A stretch of DNA of 63,973 bases, counting the filler, from Folioceros fuciformis (Eukaryota), in assembly GCA_049999805.1 (NCBI GenBank). It is 8 parts of 8 records of this genome, joined end to end, with 100 filler letters (N's around TTAATTAATTAA, not from the genome) between each part and the next. Parts side by side here need not be neighbours in the genome. Positions count along the whole stretch, not along the records: positions 47,960 to 56,305 come from JBNGIO010002854.1; positions 56,406 to 57,616 come from JBNGIO010002856.1; positions 57,717 to 60,971 come from JBNGIO010002857.1; 5 more parts are not named here. One strand, written 5' to 3'. Below are positions 48,362 to 61,071 of this stretch, piece after piece. Under the pieces are notes generated by a model. It ran no database searches, had not been told where the DNA came from, and saw only the letters and a program-made list of their open reading frames with translations. The position numbers were made by a program, and so were the translations under genes. The stretch's first letter is position 1; every line of letters starts with the position of its first letter.

Positions 48362-51300
48362 TGTTAGATAAGATATACATATATAGGTGATATATATATA
48401 TTGTATTAAACATGAACCTATAGATTAGGTCAAGTAGACTGTGGTCGTTTAGGTTAACGGAGGTGACCTTTAGCCAAGCGTTACCTAGAATGGTATTAAG
48501 ACTTTTTTGGTTGTTGACATTCGTTGTTCAATTTATCTACCAAGAGATTAAGCAAGTATTCTCGCTTCCACTCGACAATTTACATGGTATCAGAGCATGG
48601 TGCTCTGTTTCCTATCTACAGACTCTAAGGATGCCGAGGCAAGGTGGCTGTAGGGGGGGTCAACGTGGTGCACTCCCAAGAATTAGAAGGAGGGAGTTCC
48701 ACCCATGAAGACAGACAGCAAGCGTCCCTATTGACACTTTGCTGGATCTTTACGAGCACGACTACCCTGCACTCTGGCTGAGACGTTTTGTGGCACAGCG
48801 TAGCAACCCCCCTGGATCGGCTCACGTCCTCAACTGTAATCTTGAGACTGATCGCCTGTATAAGGAGCGCTGCTGCAAGAGAGGACAAAATCCAGAATTG
48901 TTTTATAGCAATAGGACTGGAGTACCCTCACCTTGCCTTAGACCCCCTGTGCCACATCAACACTCAAACAGCATCAACAGAAACTCTCCACCATTGAGTA
49001 GTAGTAATAGTGCGCAACACACATCTGTTACCTTGGCTCGTGTGGAGAAGGTGCTCACGTTGGCTTTAGCCAACCAGGAATCTGTGAGGAACAGGGCAGA
49101 CAGCCTGAATTGCAACGTAGAATTGGCCATATCAGAATGCAAACATGAGATCAAGCAGGATTTGAATTTCGTGACTTATTCTCTGCAAATGATGAACCTT
49201 AGATTGCAAAAACTTGAAGCTGGCTTGTAGTTCTGCTGCTGTTGGGTCACAGGCTGAAGAATCTTGAGAATTTCCGCTGCTGTCGAGCGGAGCGTCCTGG
49301 CGCAGGAGCAACTCCGACCAGGATCTGAAGAGGCACGATGTGAAACGCGCCTCCTCACCGACAGTGCTTGCTTGTTTCTTGATTTGTCCACCTGTAGGTG
49401 TCTGTTCATCTGTCAAAGATGTGGCAGTTAGCTTGAACCCTAATTTTTCATTTTAGTTTCTTGAAACGACATGTTTTTAGGGTTATGCCTATAAGCACAA
49501 CAATTTACTAGTGTCTGAAAAGAAGTTGAGGAGTTTAACATCAAGAGGGCATAATTTCTTACTAATGTGGTATTGGAGTGAGCTATTGCATCATGTAGGA
49601 TCAGGCGTGAGCACACGAGTACCAGAGAGACACGAAAGAGTGACGACTTGAGTGTGTGAAGAAAAACAATAAAGGAGTATTTTGTAACCGTTTTAACCTA
49701 ACGTATATAAACCTATTAATTGATGATTATACTAAACCTTATACCGCTTGGTAATAACGAGTTAGTGTCTGCTCTTTAAATACCATTCCAATAAGCCCCC
49801 TCAGACCTAACTCGCAACCTTATCTGGTTAGAATCGGCCTGAGGCGCAGACGCTATCTCCACACACAGCTCCAAATGACTGAAAAACTCAAAACTGTCCT
49901 CCCATGGCAGATCCAGGCGCGCTGATCGCGGCTCACCTGTTAGAGGTGGCCATCGCGATTCGGCTCACCGCTGGACACTGGTGCCTGCTAAGCCAGATGC
50001 ACAACACCAAAGGAACGGCGGGAGGCGCGAATCCAAAAAACTGCTGTGAGGAGAGAGGATACGCTGTAGAAGAGACTTGGAGTCGAAGTCACTGGGGAAG
50101 GCAGGGGACACTCAAACCTTCTCGCACTGGTTCCAAGTTGGCGAGAGAAGTTGAGCTGGCTGTCTTCAAGGCGGCGTGCAAGCTGCCTCTTCCGGACGAC
50201 GAAAAGCAAGGCCTGCAGCAAAGGTACTAAACAGAAAAGGGGGTGCATAGAGGCTGTTGGTCCTGTTTAGGTTACCTTGATGCTTCATCCAGGACTGACA
50301 GCTTGTATTGTGTGCTGGTCAGGCTCAAGATATTGCCCTGTGCGTAACACACAGGAACTGTGCTTTGAGAGGGTGCCCAAAAACGCTGCTTCGAATACAT
50401 AGCTCCAGTTGCAGCTCACCCGCGCTCCTTCTCGACTGAGCATGTGTGTTGCTGCTGTTTGAGATAAGTAGCTGAACTGGTTAGTCCTAGGGAGCTTCTG
50501 TGTTGCTCATGTGTTGCCTTAGGGAGACCTTTGGTAAGCAGGTCTGCCACGTTATCTAATGTATGCACATATTGCAACTGTATGACCCCTGTCTCCACTG
50601 CTTGGCGAATAAAGTGAAACTGTATCTCGATATGCTTAGATCGAGCATGCAGGATAGGATTCGCTGTTAAGGCAATCGCTGACTGGTTGTCACATCTTAG
50701 AAATGTTGCTGAGGGTTGCTGCCAATGTATGCCCTCAAGGAATTGTCTAACCCAGATAATCTCTCGTGCAGCTAGGGATAATGCACCATACTCGGCCTCG
50801 GTAGACGAAAGACTTACTGTGGTCAGTTTCTTCGACTGCCAGCTGATAGCAGAGCCACACAGTAACAAACAATATGCAGCAATGGACTTACGCGAGTCAA
50901 TATCACCTGCCCAATCGGCATCTGAATAAGAGGTAAGGGTAGCATCACCTGCTGCTGTGTACTGCATGAAATAATCCTGGGTTCCTTTCAAGTATCGTAG
51001 AATCCGTTTGACTGCCGTCCAATGCTTCTTACCAGGATTTGCAAGGAAACGTGATACAACTCCTACAGCCTGAGAAATGTCAGGACGTGTCCAACTAGCT
51101 AAGTACAACAAACTCCCTACAGCTTCTCTATAAGGAACTTGAGCCATTTCTGTTGTGTCTGCTGGTGTTGTAGGACAGTCTTCTATGGACAGCTTGTCAC
51201 CAGAGGCTATGGGAGTTGTGACAGGATGCAAATCTGTGAGTTGTGACAGGACCTGTGTCACAATCCACCAGGCTCACTTCATTAGACAACTGCTGTCAAA

Positions 51301-54300
51301 AAGATTTAGGGCTAAAATTGAACTGAATGCCTAAAGCAAACTTCAAAGGGCCCACATCTGTCATGTCCCATTCCTGGGAAAGTTCATGCTTCAATTCTGC
51401 CAAAATCTGCTCATCACTTGCAAAGAGGAAGTTGTTGTCGACGTAGAGAGCGATGATGCATAACTGGGATGCTCGTTTCAACATGTAAACACTACAATCT
51501 GCTGTAAGTGATGTGAATCCCAGCTGCCACAATTTGGTTGTAGCCCTGGTATTCCAGATTCTAGCATATTGTTTTAGTCCGTAAATAGATTTTAATAGCT
51601 TGCATACCTTTGCAGGGTCACGGACATAGCCCTCGGGCTGATGCATAAATATAACCTCATCGAGAGGATCGTTCAAGAAAGCGGTCTTGACGTCCATTTG
51701 GTGGACGAGGAGTCGATGCTGCACATCATAACACAACAAAATTCTCATGGAATGTGGCTTCACAACGGGACTAAATGTCTCGTTGTAATCCAAACCATGC
51801 ACTTGAGTATAACCCCTTGCAACCAAGCGGGCTTTGAATCGGGCAACAGAACCATCCGGATGCAACTTTAATTTAAATACCCATTTGGATGTAATGGCTC
51901 GTCTGTCCGGAGGTAAAGTTACTAGCTCCCAGGTTTTGTTTTTAATGAGGCTGTTATACTCAGAATCAATTGCCTTCTGCCATTCTGCTTTATCGGGGCC
52001 AGATAAAGCTTCCTTATACATAAGTGGTGTATCAGGTGGATCAAGGATGGTGGAGGCTGATGTATGGGCAAGAGCTGCTAGATCGGACCGAGGTAATGGG
52101 TCAGCTGGTAAGATTGGTAAGACTGGTATTGGCACTAAGGTGTCACCAGGTTCATAGGGTTTTTCTAACCACTCAGATCTAGGACGGTGAATTCATGCTG
52201 ATCTATGTGGCAAAACAAGGTCCTGTTCTACAGCTGGAGGGTCTGGATCCACATCTAATTCAGCTGGATCTAAAACAGGAAGATCTAACTCTACAACTGG
52301 AGGAGCATCATCTAACTGTACAGGGTCAGGTACAATTGGTGCATTCATAGGAGGTGGCTGGACAGGAAATTGAAGTTGTGGTGGCACACCAGAAAAATCG
52401 GAAGGAAAATCAGAAATGTCAGTGTCAATCTCATCATCTGTAACTGGTAGCTGTGGCGTATGCCCATATACAGAGGGTTTTGATAAAGGCGTGTGGCTTG
52501 TGACATTATGTTGATGAGAGGAGATGATAAAGCTCTTGTTGAAACTCACACTTCGAGCCAAGGTAAGCTGTCTTGTGTGTGGATTGTATAACTTGTAGCC
52601 CTTCGATTGCTCAGAATAACCAACAAATACATGCTTAGTAGCCCTATTGTCCATCTTACCACGCTTGTCTGCAGGAATGTAGGCGTATGCAGCTGCACCG
52701 AATATTCGGAGATGCCCTATTCTGGGTTTGTGACCACACCAACGCTCAAATGGTGTGTAACTGAAAAATGGCTTGACAGGAAGTCTGTTCTGTACATAAT
52801 TGACAGCTGCTACAGCCTCAGCCCAGTACCCTCGGGTAAGCCCAGCTGATGAGAGAGTAGCTCGACAACGTTCTTGCAACGTTCGATTGTATCTCTCTGC
52901 ATATGAATTTTGCGCAAGATGATAGGGAACAGTTAGCTGGTGGAGTATACCCTTCTGTCGACAGTAGGATTGAAGGTCGTTGCTAAGGTATTCCTGTGCA
53001 TTGTCACTTCTCAGTTTCTTCACTATACAGCCAATCTGGTTTTCTGCCATTGGCACGTACTCCAGGAATTTCTCATAAGTTTGATGGCGATGATGCAGAA
53101 AATACAAACAACAATAATGACTCCATTCGTCGAGGAACAATAAGAAATATGTGGCACCGCCAAAGGAGGCTGTCGACATCGGGCCACAGATGTCAGAATG
53201 CACAACATCCAACAGCCCAGTAGCTTTGGTGGGCGCTGGATCATTATATGGCTTCTGTGCCATTTTACCCACTTGGCAGTCTTCGCAAAACAAGTGATCC
53301 TGAACTTTAAAGGCAAGTGGGTCTTTGTATAGTTCTGGCTTGCTGATAATTTGACGTATGTATCCGATGCTAGGATGAGGTAGTCTGCAATGCCAGAGGA
53401 AATGTTTATCCACATCTGGTTTTGCATCAATCACTAGTCCACGAGGATATGCTGTTGTTGTGTCAAATTGGTACAGATCATTGTAGATGATTCCCTCTCC
53501 TAAGATAACAAAATGATTCTGTGCTGATGTTACCAGGCAGCCAGTTGGTGAAAAACAAACATGTAGATCATGGTCTGTTACAAGCTTCCTCACTGATAAT
53601 AGGTTCTTCGTCATGCTAGGTACATGGAGAACTCTCGACAGTCGAATCTCCGCTCCATCATTGAGTGGGAAAGACACACCGCCATAGCCAGCAATAGAAA
53701 GACTACTATCATCGCCAAGCAAGACAAATTGACTGGTTGGTGCTGGCTTGTAAGTGACGAATTTGTCTTTTGATTGACAGATGTGATGTGTGGCTCCTGA
53801 ATCCAGGAACCACATATTAGGGTCAGCTCGTGTGAGAGATAAACATACCGCAAGGATGGTGGGTGGCTTGTTGGTAGGTTGTGTGGCGCTGGTCTGTCCT
53901 CGAGTCACAACATGTGTCTCAGCACCAGGTGGTGCTTCACATCGGGGCTCACCAGCCCGCTTCTTGCGACATTCGCTTTCGAAATGTCCAGGAATACGGC
54001 ACTAGTGACAAGTGCCCTTCTTCTTCAGACCAGTGTTAAAAAATGATGGGACTGTGTAGGGTCTCCCCCGTCCACGGCCACGCCCTCTACCCCGTCCACG
54101 TTGAGTATAGAGGACTTGTGAGGTATGTTGTTGACCCCGTCCAGTTGCAATTCTACTGGACTCTTCTTCGAGAAGTGCACCCACCACTTGTGATAACGTC
54201 ACATTTGCTCCTGCTTGCTTGGTGAAGGAAGTCTGGGTGGTAACAAAAGCTCTGTAGCTTTGAGGCAGTGAAGTAAGTAGGATAACCACTGCTTGCTTCT

Positions 54301-56305
54301 CCGTCAAATCCTCACCACAGGAGGAGAGCTTGGCACGTAAGGTACAGAACCTATGCAAATGATGCTCAGCACTGTCAGTGTCTTTCATACGAAGACCATA
54401 GAGTAGTCTGGTTGCATTTATAAGGGACATTCCGTCTTTGGCTGCGAACATGTCCTTAAACATAGTCCAGACTACAGCAGAGGTTGTCTGCCCTTGAGTG
54501 TGTTGAATCATGTTTCTGTCCAGAGCAGAAAGGATGAGGCAGCGTGCTCTCTTGTCCTGCTTTGCCCAAGCTGCAATTTCTGCATCTGTGCCTTTCGGTA
54601 AGGCTAATGATGGATCTGTGGATTTTCCGGTCACAATATCCATGAGATCGTGCTCCTCAAAGATGGACTCCATCCTCAGTTCCCAGATCGGGTAATCAGT
54701 CCCGTTGAATTTGTCCTTGTCCTTTATGTCAACTTTGAATGTGTTATTAATCACTGTGTTCGTTGAACTAGTTCCAGCCCCAGACATGTTGAGCCTGTGT
54801 GGCTTAGGGTTCTTAAGTGCTAAGCTAAGGTGTAATGGATCTTCAGGGATCCTATGTGGTGGTGACCACATCAACTATGCAAACTAGGAAACAGACTTCT
54901 AGAGAATGGTGAGCTCCTCACCAAATAGCTTAGCAAGTGAAGTAAGTACGTGCTCAATGGGTTCAGGCAAATGCTTGCTGACCATGCTAGAAACGTGTGA
55001 TGCTTTGCTAACTGGGGTGCTGGGTGTAGCATCGTTGTTAGTAATGACATCTTCATACAAGCGGCAGAAGTAGTGAACTTTTCTAACCAGAAAATCATTT
55101 TGTTCTTTCAGTTTTTGGATGTCTTTCCTATGCTTTAACTTGTCAGCAGATGCATTATGCTGCAACACGGTGAGTGTGGTTCTAAGATTGCATAAATCAC
55201 GTAATAATGCTGGGGTTTGACAGGTGCTAATACTAAGTGCTCTGCATGTAGTGTGACAAGAACAAGATGAAATAGGAGCGGTCTCCTGATTACAACAAAA
55301 CGATTGTGTGTGAGGACATGCTATAGAACTAGAACAAGATGTCCTTGTGAACCGTCGCTTATTGTTCCTAGTCATGGCGCAGTGTTCAGAGATGATGACG
55401 CTGGATATGTTTCCAATTCGAAACTGATCTCCAGTGTTCTCGCAGCATTGATAAAGTCGTCTCCACTGTTCTGAGGTTGATCAGCGAAACAACTTCTTTA
55501 GTGCGCTCCATATTCTGAACAGATAGGAGTGCGCTGGTTCCGTCCCGCGCTGTGCTGGAAGCCACATTCTTGGCGCTGCTGAAACGCCGAATGGCTGGCG
55601 GCGATCTGGCTCTGATACCATAATGTGGTATTGGAGTGAGCTATTGCATCATGTAGGATCAGATCGTAGCAAGGAGGCGTGAGCACACGAGCACCAGAGA
55701 GACACGAAAGAGTGACGACTTGAGTGTGTGAAGAAAAACAATAAAGGAGTATTTTGTAACCATTTTAACCTAACGTATATAAACCTATTAATTGATGATT
55801 ATACTTAACCTTATACCGCTTGGTAATAACGAGTTAGTGTCTGCTCTTTAAATACCATTCCAATACTTACTATCCCCTGCCTCTTGTTAAACCCTCCAAC
55901 CTCCTCTCCTACACTACACTAATCAGATCTTCAGATTATTGCATGAAATAGGACAATGCAGGGCAGGATCAGGTCAGGATTCTTCTCTGCAAGGTAGTCA
56001 CATATGTCCTTTAGTGATTTTGACATTGCAACTATTTTTCCTGGTTGTATTCCCCTTCATCTGTGATGGCTGCCCCAAGCCCTGCAAGTCCTACATTAAC
56101 TTTTACTTCTGAGTTAAAAGAGAAGGATCGTTTCAAGGGAAGTGGTTACCTTATATGGAGAGTGCGCATGAAAGCCATCATGTCGGCTCGTGGCTTCTGG
56201 CCAGTCCTAGATGGCACGTTCAAGAAACCTGATCCGACCACAGACCCTGACAACCACGCCAAGTGGCTACATCACAATGGAATTGCCATGGCTATCCTCA
56301 TCAAT
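48362..56305 (+). mobile_element. 5' part of a Copia element (LTR 48362-48584, PBS, extra ORF, gag start at ~56066), split by a nested insertion
   Basis: TG...CA LTR followed by TGGTATCAGAGC at 48585. Resumes after 55865 with the gag N-terminus (KDRFKGSGYLIWRVRMKAIMSARGFW). Confidence 0.75.
49563..55865 (-). mobile_element. Full-length but inactivated Ty1/Copia LTR retrotransposon with TA...TA termini
   Basis: Near-identical LTRs (55621-55865, 49563-49793), TSD CTTAC on both sides, PBS at 55609-55620 and PPT at ~49794-49803. Contains gag (from 54787), protease WFLDSGATHH, integrase, RT and RNase H. Premature stops, a frameshift near 51280, and YVDD changed to YVDN. Confidence 0.97.
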
Positions 56306-56405
56306 NNNNNNNNNNNNNNNNNNNNNNNNNNNNNNNNNNNNNNNNNNNNTTAATTAATTAANNNNNNNNNNNNNNNNNNNNNNNNNNNNNNNNNNNNNNN
56401 NNNNN

Positions 56406-56610
56406 AACCCCTGCCTCTAGCCCTAGCTAGGGCACAGCCTCCATGACCGTTCAGGCCAGCCAGGCAATCAACCAGCCTGACCCCTGACACTGACATACCC
56501 CACATATTCCCATTCCTATGTTCATACCATTATTTTATTATTTTGTTATTTTATTATTTTAATAATATTAAACTAATCACCAGACCTAGACTCTAACTTT
56601 CGCAGGTCTA
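56406..56610 (+). repeat. Dispersed ~200-bp repeat, second copy at ~62967-63200
   Basis: Shared aacccctgcctctagc...gacccctgacactgacataccc...attaaactaatcaccagacctagactc. Confidence 0.8.
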
Positions 56611-56899
56611 GAACCAGACCTGTACCCACTCTAATAACCAAACTAACTATTTCCTAGTCAATTAACCTAATTAGCACAAAGAAAAATAGAAAAAATGACC
56701 AGAAAATAAAGAAAAATTAGGGAAAAGAAGTAGAAAAAGAAAACCAAACCATACCACTATTAACCCTTTTTCAACCAAAACAAACTACTACCCCAAACTT
56801 TGGAGGTTCACACATTGGATTTGTACGAGGCTCACCAACTGCCACGGTGCAAACCTGGAACCCTTTGCACCAGGGGGCGCTGCACCTAGCCTACAATAC

Positions 56900-57570
56900 C
56901 AAGTTGCAGGCTGCCATTACAGCTCATCAATAAGCCATTGCTAATGGCACTGTTGCTGCCACCGTACAGCCTCCTACAATGGTGAGTCCCCTCACCCCAG
57001 CGAAGAGGACAACAGCAATGCAGGGGATCGATGAGTTCATCCAGACTCCCAAGCATGCCAACCCCGTGGAGGAGTTTTTGAAGATTCTGGAAAAGGCCTT
57101 TCCCCTCAAAACTTCGGAGAAAATCGTTGAGTTGGCTACTTTGGCGAGGAAGAAAGGGAAGACAGTCCAGATGTGCTTCTGTAGGTTGCAAAAGCTACGT
57201 GAGGGTACTGGCATGTTGACGGATCAGGAGGCAGCGGAGAAGCTCTTAGTTGCCCTAGAGGGTGATTCTCTTTTTCCTTCCAGCTTGTGTCCTCCTTGGT
57301 GGACAAATATGGTGATAACTACACCTTGGAGCAAGTGCATGAAGAGGCGGAGAAGGAGATCACCTACTCGGTGTTCTCCTCCAAGCATGCCAAGTCCTTC
57401 CATCACTACCAGTCCATGTTCACCAATAAGGGGTCAACCACGCATGGGGGAGCTTCCTCAAGGGCATGGCCAGCTAAGCCAGCCAAGGCAAGGGCAACAG
57501 CTACTATAGCAGCAGCAGCACCTACGGCAGCCTTATGCAATTACTGTGGCAGGCCAGAGCACTTGTCCAC
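56900..57570 (+). mobile_element. Retrotransposon gag-like remnant with partial zinc knuckle
   Basis: Frameshifted ORFs (VEEFLKILEKAFP...TLEQVHEEAEK...CNYCGRPEH). Confidence 0.55.
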
Positions 57571-58234
57571 TGTTAGTATAGGCGTGTCTAACCCTAACAT
57601 AGGTTAGACATACAGGNNNNNNNNNNNNNNNNNNNNNNNNNNNNNNNNNNNNNNNNNNNNTTAATTAATTAANNNNNNNNNNNNNNNNNNNNNNNNNNNN
57701 NNNNNNNNNNNNNNNNCCCTAAGAAAAGCAAAAGTTGCAAAGATATAATTTAATAATTGAGTACTAAAAATAATAAAATATAAAGTATCCCAAATCTAAA
57801 ATAAAAGTATACCTCCAAATATGTGATTTTAGAAGCCTTCTTTGTTTGTGTGACGATGTCCTAGTGCATTTAACGTTATCAGGCAGAACGTACTTAGATG
57901 GAGAACACATGTTAGATCAAAAGCCTTCAAAAATAAATACAAGAGTTACTAAAACCTAGTACAATTTGAGTGTGGTAACATGCTCCTTTCCAAGCCACAT
58001 GCAAGCGTAAAAAAAACTGCCTAGATAGATAGATGGTTATAGGATTTCCGAGGCTTAAGATCATCATAAAATAAGAACAAATAATGAAAAAATGATACAT
58101 AAAATAATAAATACTGGACCAAATTAAAAAAAAATACAAAAAAAAAACTTCACATACTCTATATACATAAATACGTACGTACTTACAGCACTATACAGCG
58201 CCCGCTTCATTCGCTCCACCCCCGCTCACCCGCT

Positions 58235-59125
58235 CCCTTCCTCTTGCTCTCTTGGTCTTCTTTCTCTTGCCTTCTCCCTCCTTCTCCTTGCTCCCTCTTG
58301 CTCCTTGCTCCCTCTTGCTCCTTGCTCGTTGCTCCCTCTTGCTCGTTGCTCCTTGCTCGTTGCTCCCTCTTGCTCCTTGCTCTCTCCTTCCACCCTTCCT
58401 CCCTTGCTTCCTCTTGCTTCTTGCTCCCTCTTGCTCCTTGCTCCTTGCTCCCTCTTGCTCGTTGGTCCTTGCTCGTTGCTCCCTCTTGCTCCTTGCTCCC
58501 TTTTGCTCCTTGCTCCCTCTTGCTCTTTGCTCCCTCTTGCTCCTTGCTCCCTCTTGCTCCTTGCTCTCTCCTTCCACCCTTCCTCCCTTGCTTCTTGCTC
58601 CCTCTTGCTCCTTGCTCTCTTCTTTCACCCTTCCTCCCTTGCTTCCTCTTGCTCCTTGCTCTCTTCTTCCACCCTCCCACCCTTCCTCCCTTGCTTCCTC
58701 TTGCTCCTTGCTCTCTCCTTCCACCCTTCCTCCCTTACTACCTCTTGCTACTTGTTCTCCCCTTCCACCCTTCCTCCCTTGCTTCCTCTTGCTCCTTGCT
58801 CTCTCCTTCCACCCTTCCTCCCTTGCTTCTTCTTGCTCCTTGCTCTCTCCTTCCACCCTTCCTCCCTTGCTTCCTCTTGCTCCTTGCTCTCTCCTTCCAC
58901 CCTTCCTCCCTTACTTCCTCTTGCTCCTTGCTCTCTCCTTCCACCCTTCCTCCTTTGCTACCTCTTGTTCCTTGCTCTCTCCTTCCACCCTTCCTCCCTT
59001 GCTTCCTCTTGCTCCTTGCTCTCTCCTTCCACCCTTCCTCCCTTGCTTCTTCTTGCTCCTTGCTCTCTCCTTCCACCCTTCCTCCCTTGCTTCCTCTTGC
59101 TCCTTGCTCTCTCCTTCCACCCTTG
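58235..59125. repeat. Pyrimidine-rich minisatellite (7-bp CTTGCTC subunits building a 44-bp unit)
   Basis: ttgctccttgctctctccttccacccttcctcccttgcttcctc repeated many times. Confidence 0.95.
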
Positions 59126-60349
59126 CATAATATATATAATTTTATTTATATAAAAAAATTAAAAATAAAATTTATAGAATTGGACTATAGCGGTTGGGAG
59201 TGCCTATTTTCATAAAAAAAGTCATATATAATATTTATAAAAAATAACATTTAGCCTTACTCCCCAACTAGGGAGTACCCAAACCTCTAATATTTATAGA
59301 GGTATAACATTTAGGGAGGTCATATTTACAGAGGGTTGATTGTATATGCCCTAACAAGGCAATTGAAAATTGAATACTAACTATATGCTCGAGCATGTAC
59401 ATGGCATCTACCACAACCGTGGATGGTCCCAACCCTTTCTGGCCTGAAAGGCGTTTTCATGCATGGACCTGTTGATTTCTTAGATTGGTATTTTCATCCC
59501 CTTGGTCACTAAGTTTGCGCTTTCCACGACCATTAAGTAGTTACGCTATTAGCTAGGGAGTATGCTCTTGGGCACAAGTAGAAAGATGGCAGGGTACTAA
59601 GCACATGCCATTCATAGGTATGCATTGGTTTACACTTCTCCTAGCCTACAACTTTTGCAGAATCTAACTAGCAAGTACACTTCTCCTAGCCTACAGCTAT
59701 TGCGGAAACTAACAAACAAGTACTTCTAAGTACACATGCTATTAGATGCCTACACATCGATACTCAATGGAAGTTAATGCCTACCACAACCCGTGCAGTA
59801 CGGCTGTGCCAGGCCTTACGGCGCCATTTCGTTTCGCCCAACGACGCGGCCTTACTAGTTCTCATCCTCCGTCCCGTGAGTTGAACGTTGTCTTGCAGTG
59901 TGTGATCACGCGATGGTAACCCATGCGTGCATGAACCATGCTTGGATCACGCGATAATAAACCATGCGCTTATCAGCCTGCAGAGTTTCCTGGTTACGAT
60001 GAACTTAATGTGTTGAGAGCGGAAGGAACGCTAATGGAACGCTGGATTTGAAAGCACGTTCATCTTTTGTCTCGCCCTTTCTTATCAGTCTTTGATGGAA
60101 AGCTCACAACATGACGGACACGTCGGTGTGCAGCACGCTTGGTTTCGATCAAAGATGAAGGAGATATGAACCAAAGAAGCTTTTGAAAGGCAGTTCACAT
60201 TTTGTCTACCTGCTGCCTCCAGAAGAGTCAAATGCTCCCCTATCATACATCGATGAAAAGCTTACAACGAGACGGACAAGCCAATATCCAGGCTACTTGG
60301 CTTCGATCAAGGACAATAGAGCTACTACGGAAAGCTGCCTTTGAAACAA

Positions 60350-60930
60350 TGGTCACAGTTTCCAAGTCACTACTTTTTTCTTCTTCCTCGGCACTTCATC
60401 AAACCCTCTCAACCGTCGCAAACTGTTTGAACCTTCATTTGCAGGCAGCTCTTGTAATGGCATTTGTGACCAAGGTCCCTCTCTTTGCTGAGCTATAAGT
60501 ATCCGAATTTGATGTAAGGTTTGTTCCATGATAGCAGCAATATCAAAACACACATCCTTGTGATGGAAAGCAACCTCACAAATCTCCCTACATCTTGTTT
60601 CAATTGTGTCCATCCTTTGCTGCTGATTTTGCTAGAAATGTGAGGTCTTTGCACTTGTTGCCACCAAACTGCTGTCATGGATGACAAGTTTCGGGTTTTC
60701 TTGGTCCTGTAGCCAATAGGACATTGCTAAAGTAGACATTGCTGCCCCATCAGGGCAATATGCAGCAGGAATGGGAGTACACTCCTTCACACACTCCTTC
60801 ACAGTTGCAGTTCCATCTTTGCAAACGATAAGTAATTGCTGAACCTTAATAATATGCTTGCATGTGAACCCTTTCAGGCCCATAGAGCATGTGCACGTTG
60901 CCCATGGAGAATCTACATGATCTATATTGG
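60350..60930 (-). mobile_element. MULE/SWIM zinc-finger transposase 3' remnant
   Basis: Minus-strand TCSMGLKGFTCKHIIKV (SWIM-like CxxxxxxxxCxH). Confidence 0.55.
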
Positions 60931-61071
60931 GTTATCTTTGTTTACATACACTAACTCATTATACACTCACTNNNNNNNNNNNNNNNNNNNNNNNNNNNNN
61001 NNNNNNNNNNNNNNNTTAATTAATTAANNNNNNNNNNNNNNNNNNNNNNNNNNNNNNNNNNNNNNNNNNNN

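Noticed and set aside
58191-59215. Long ORFs on both strands (up to 323 aa)
   Set aside because: By-products of a stop-free low-complexity minisatellite.
59780-59860. Possible Helitron 3' end (GC-rich dyads followed by CTAGT)
   Set aside because: Hairpin spacing is not convincing, and no matching 5' end or Rep/helicase remnant was identified.
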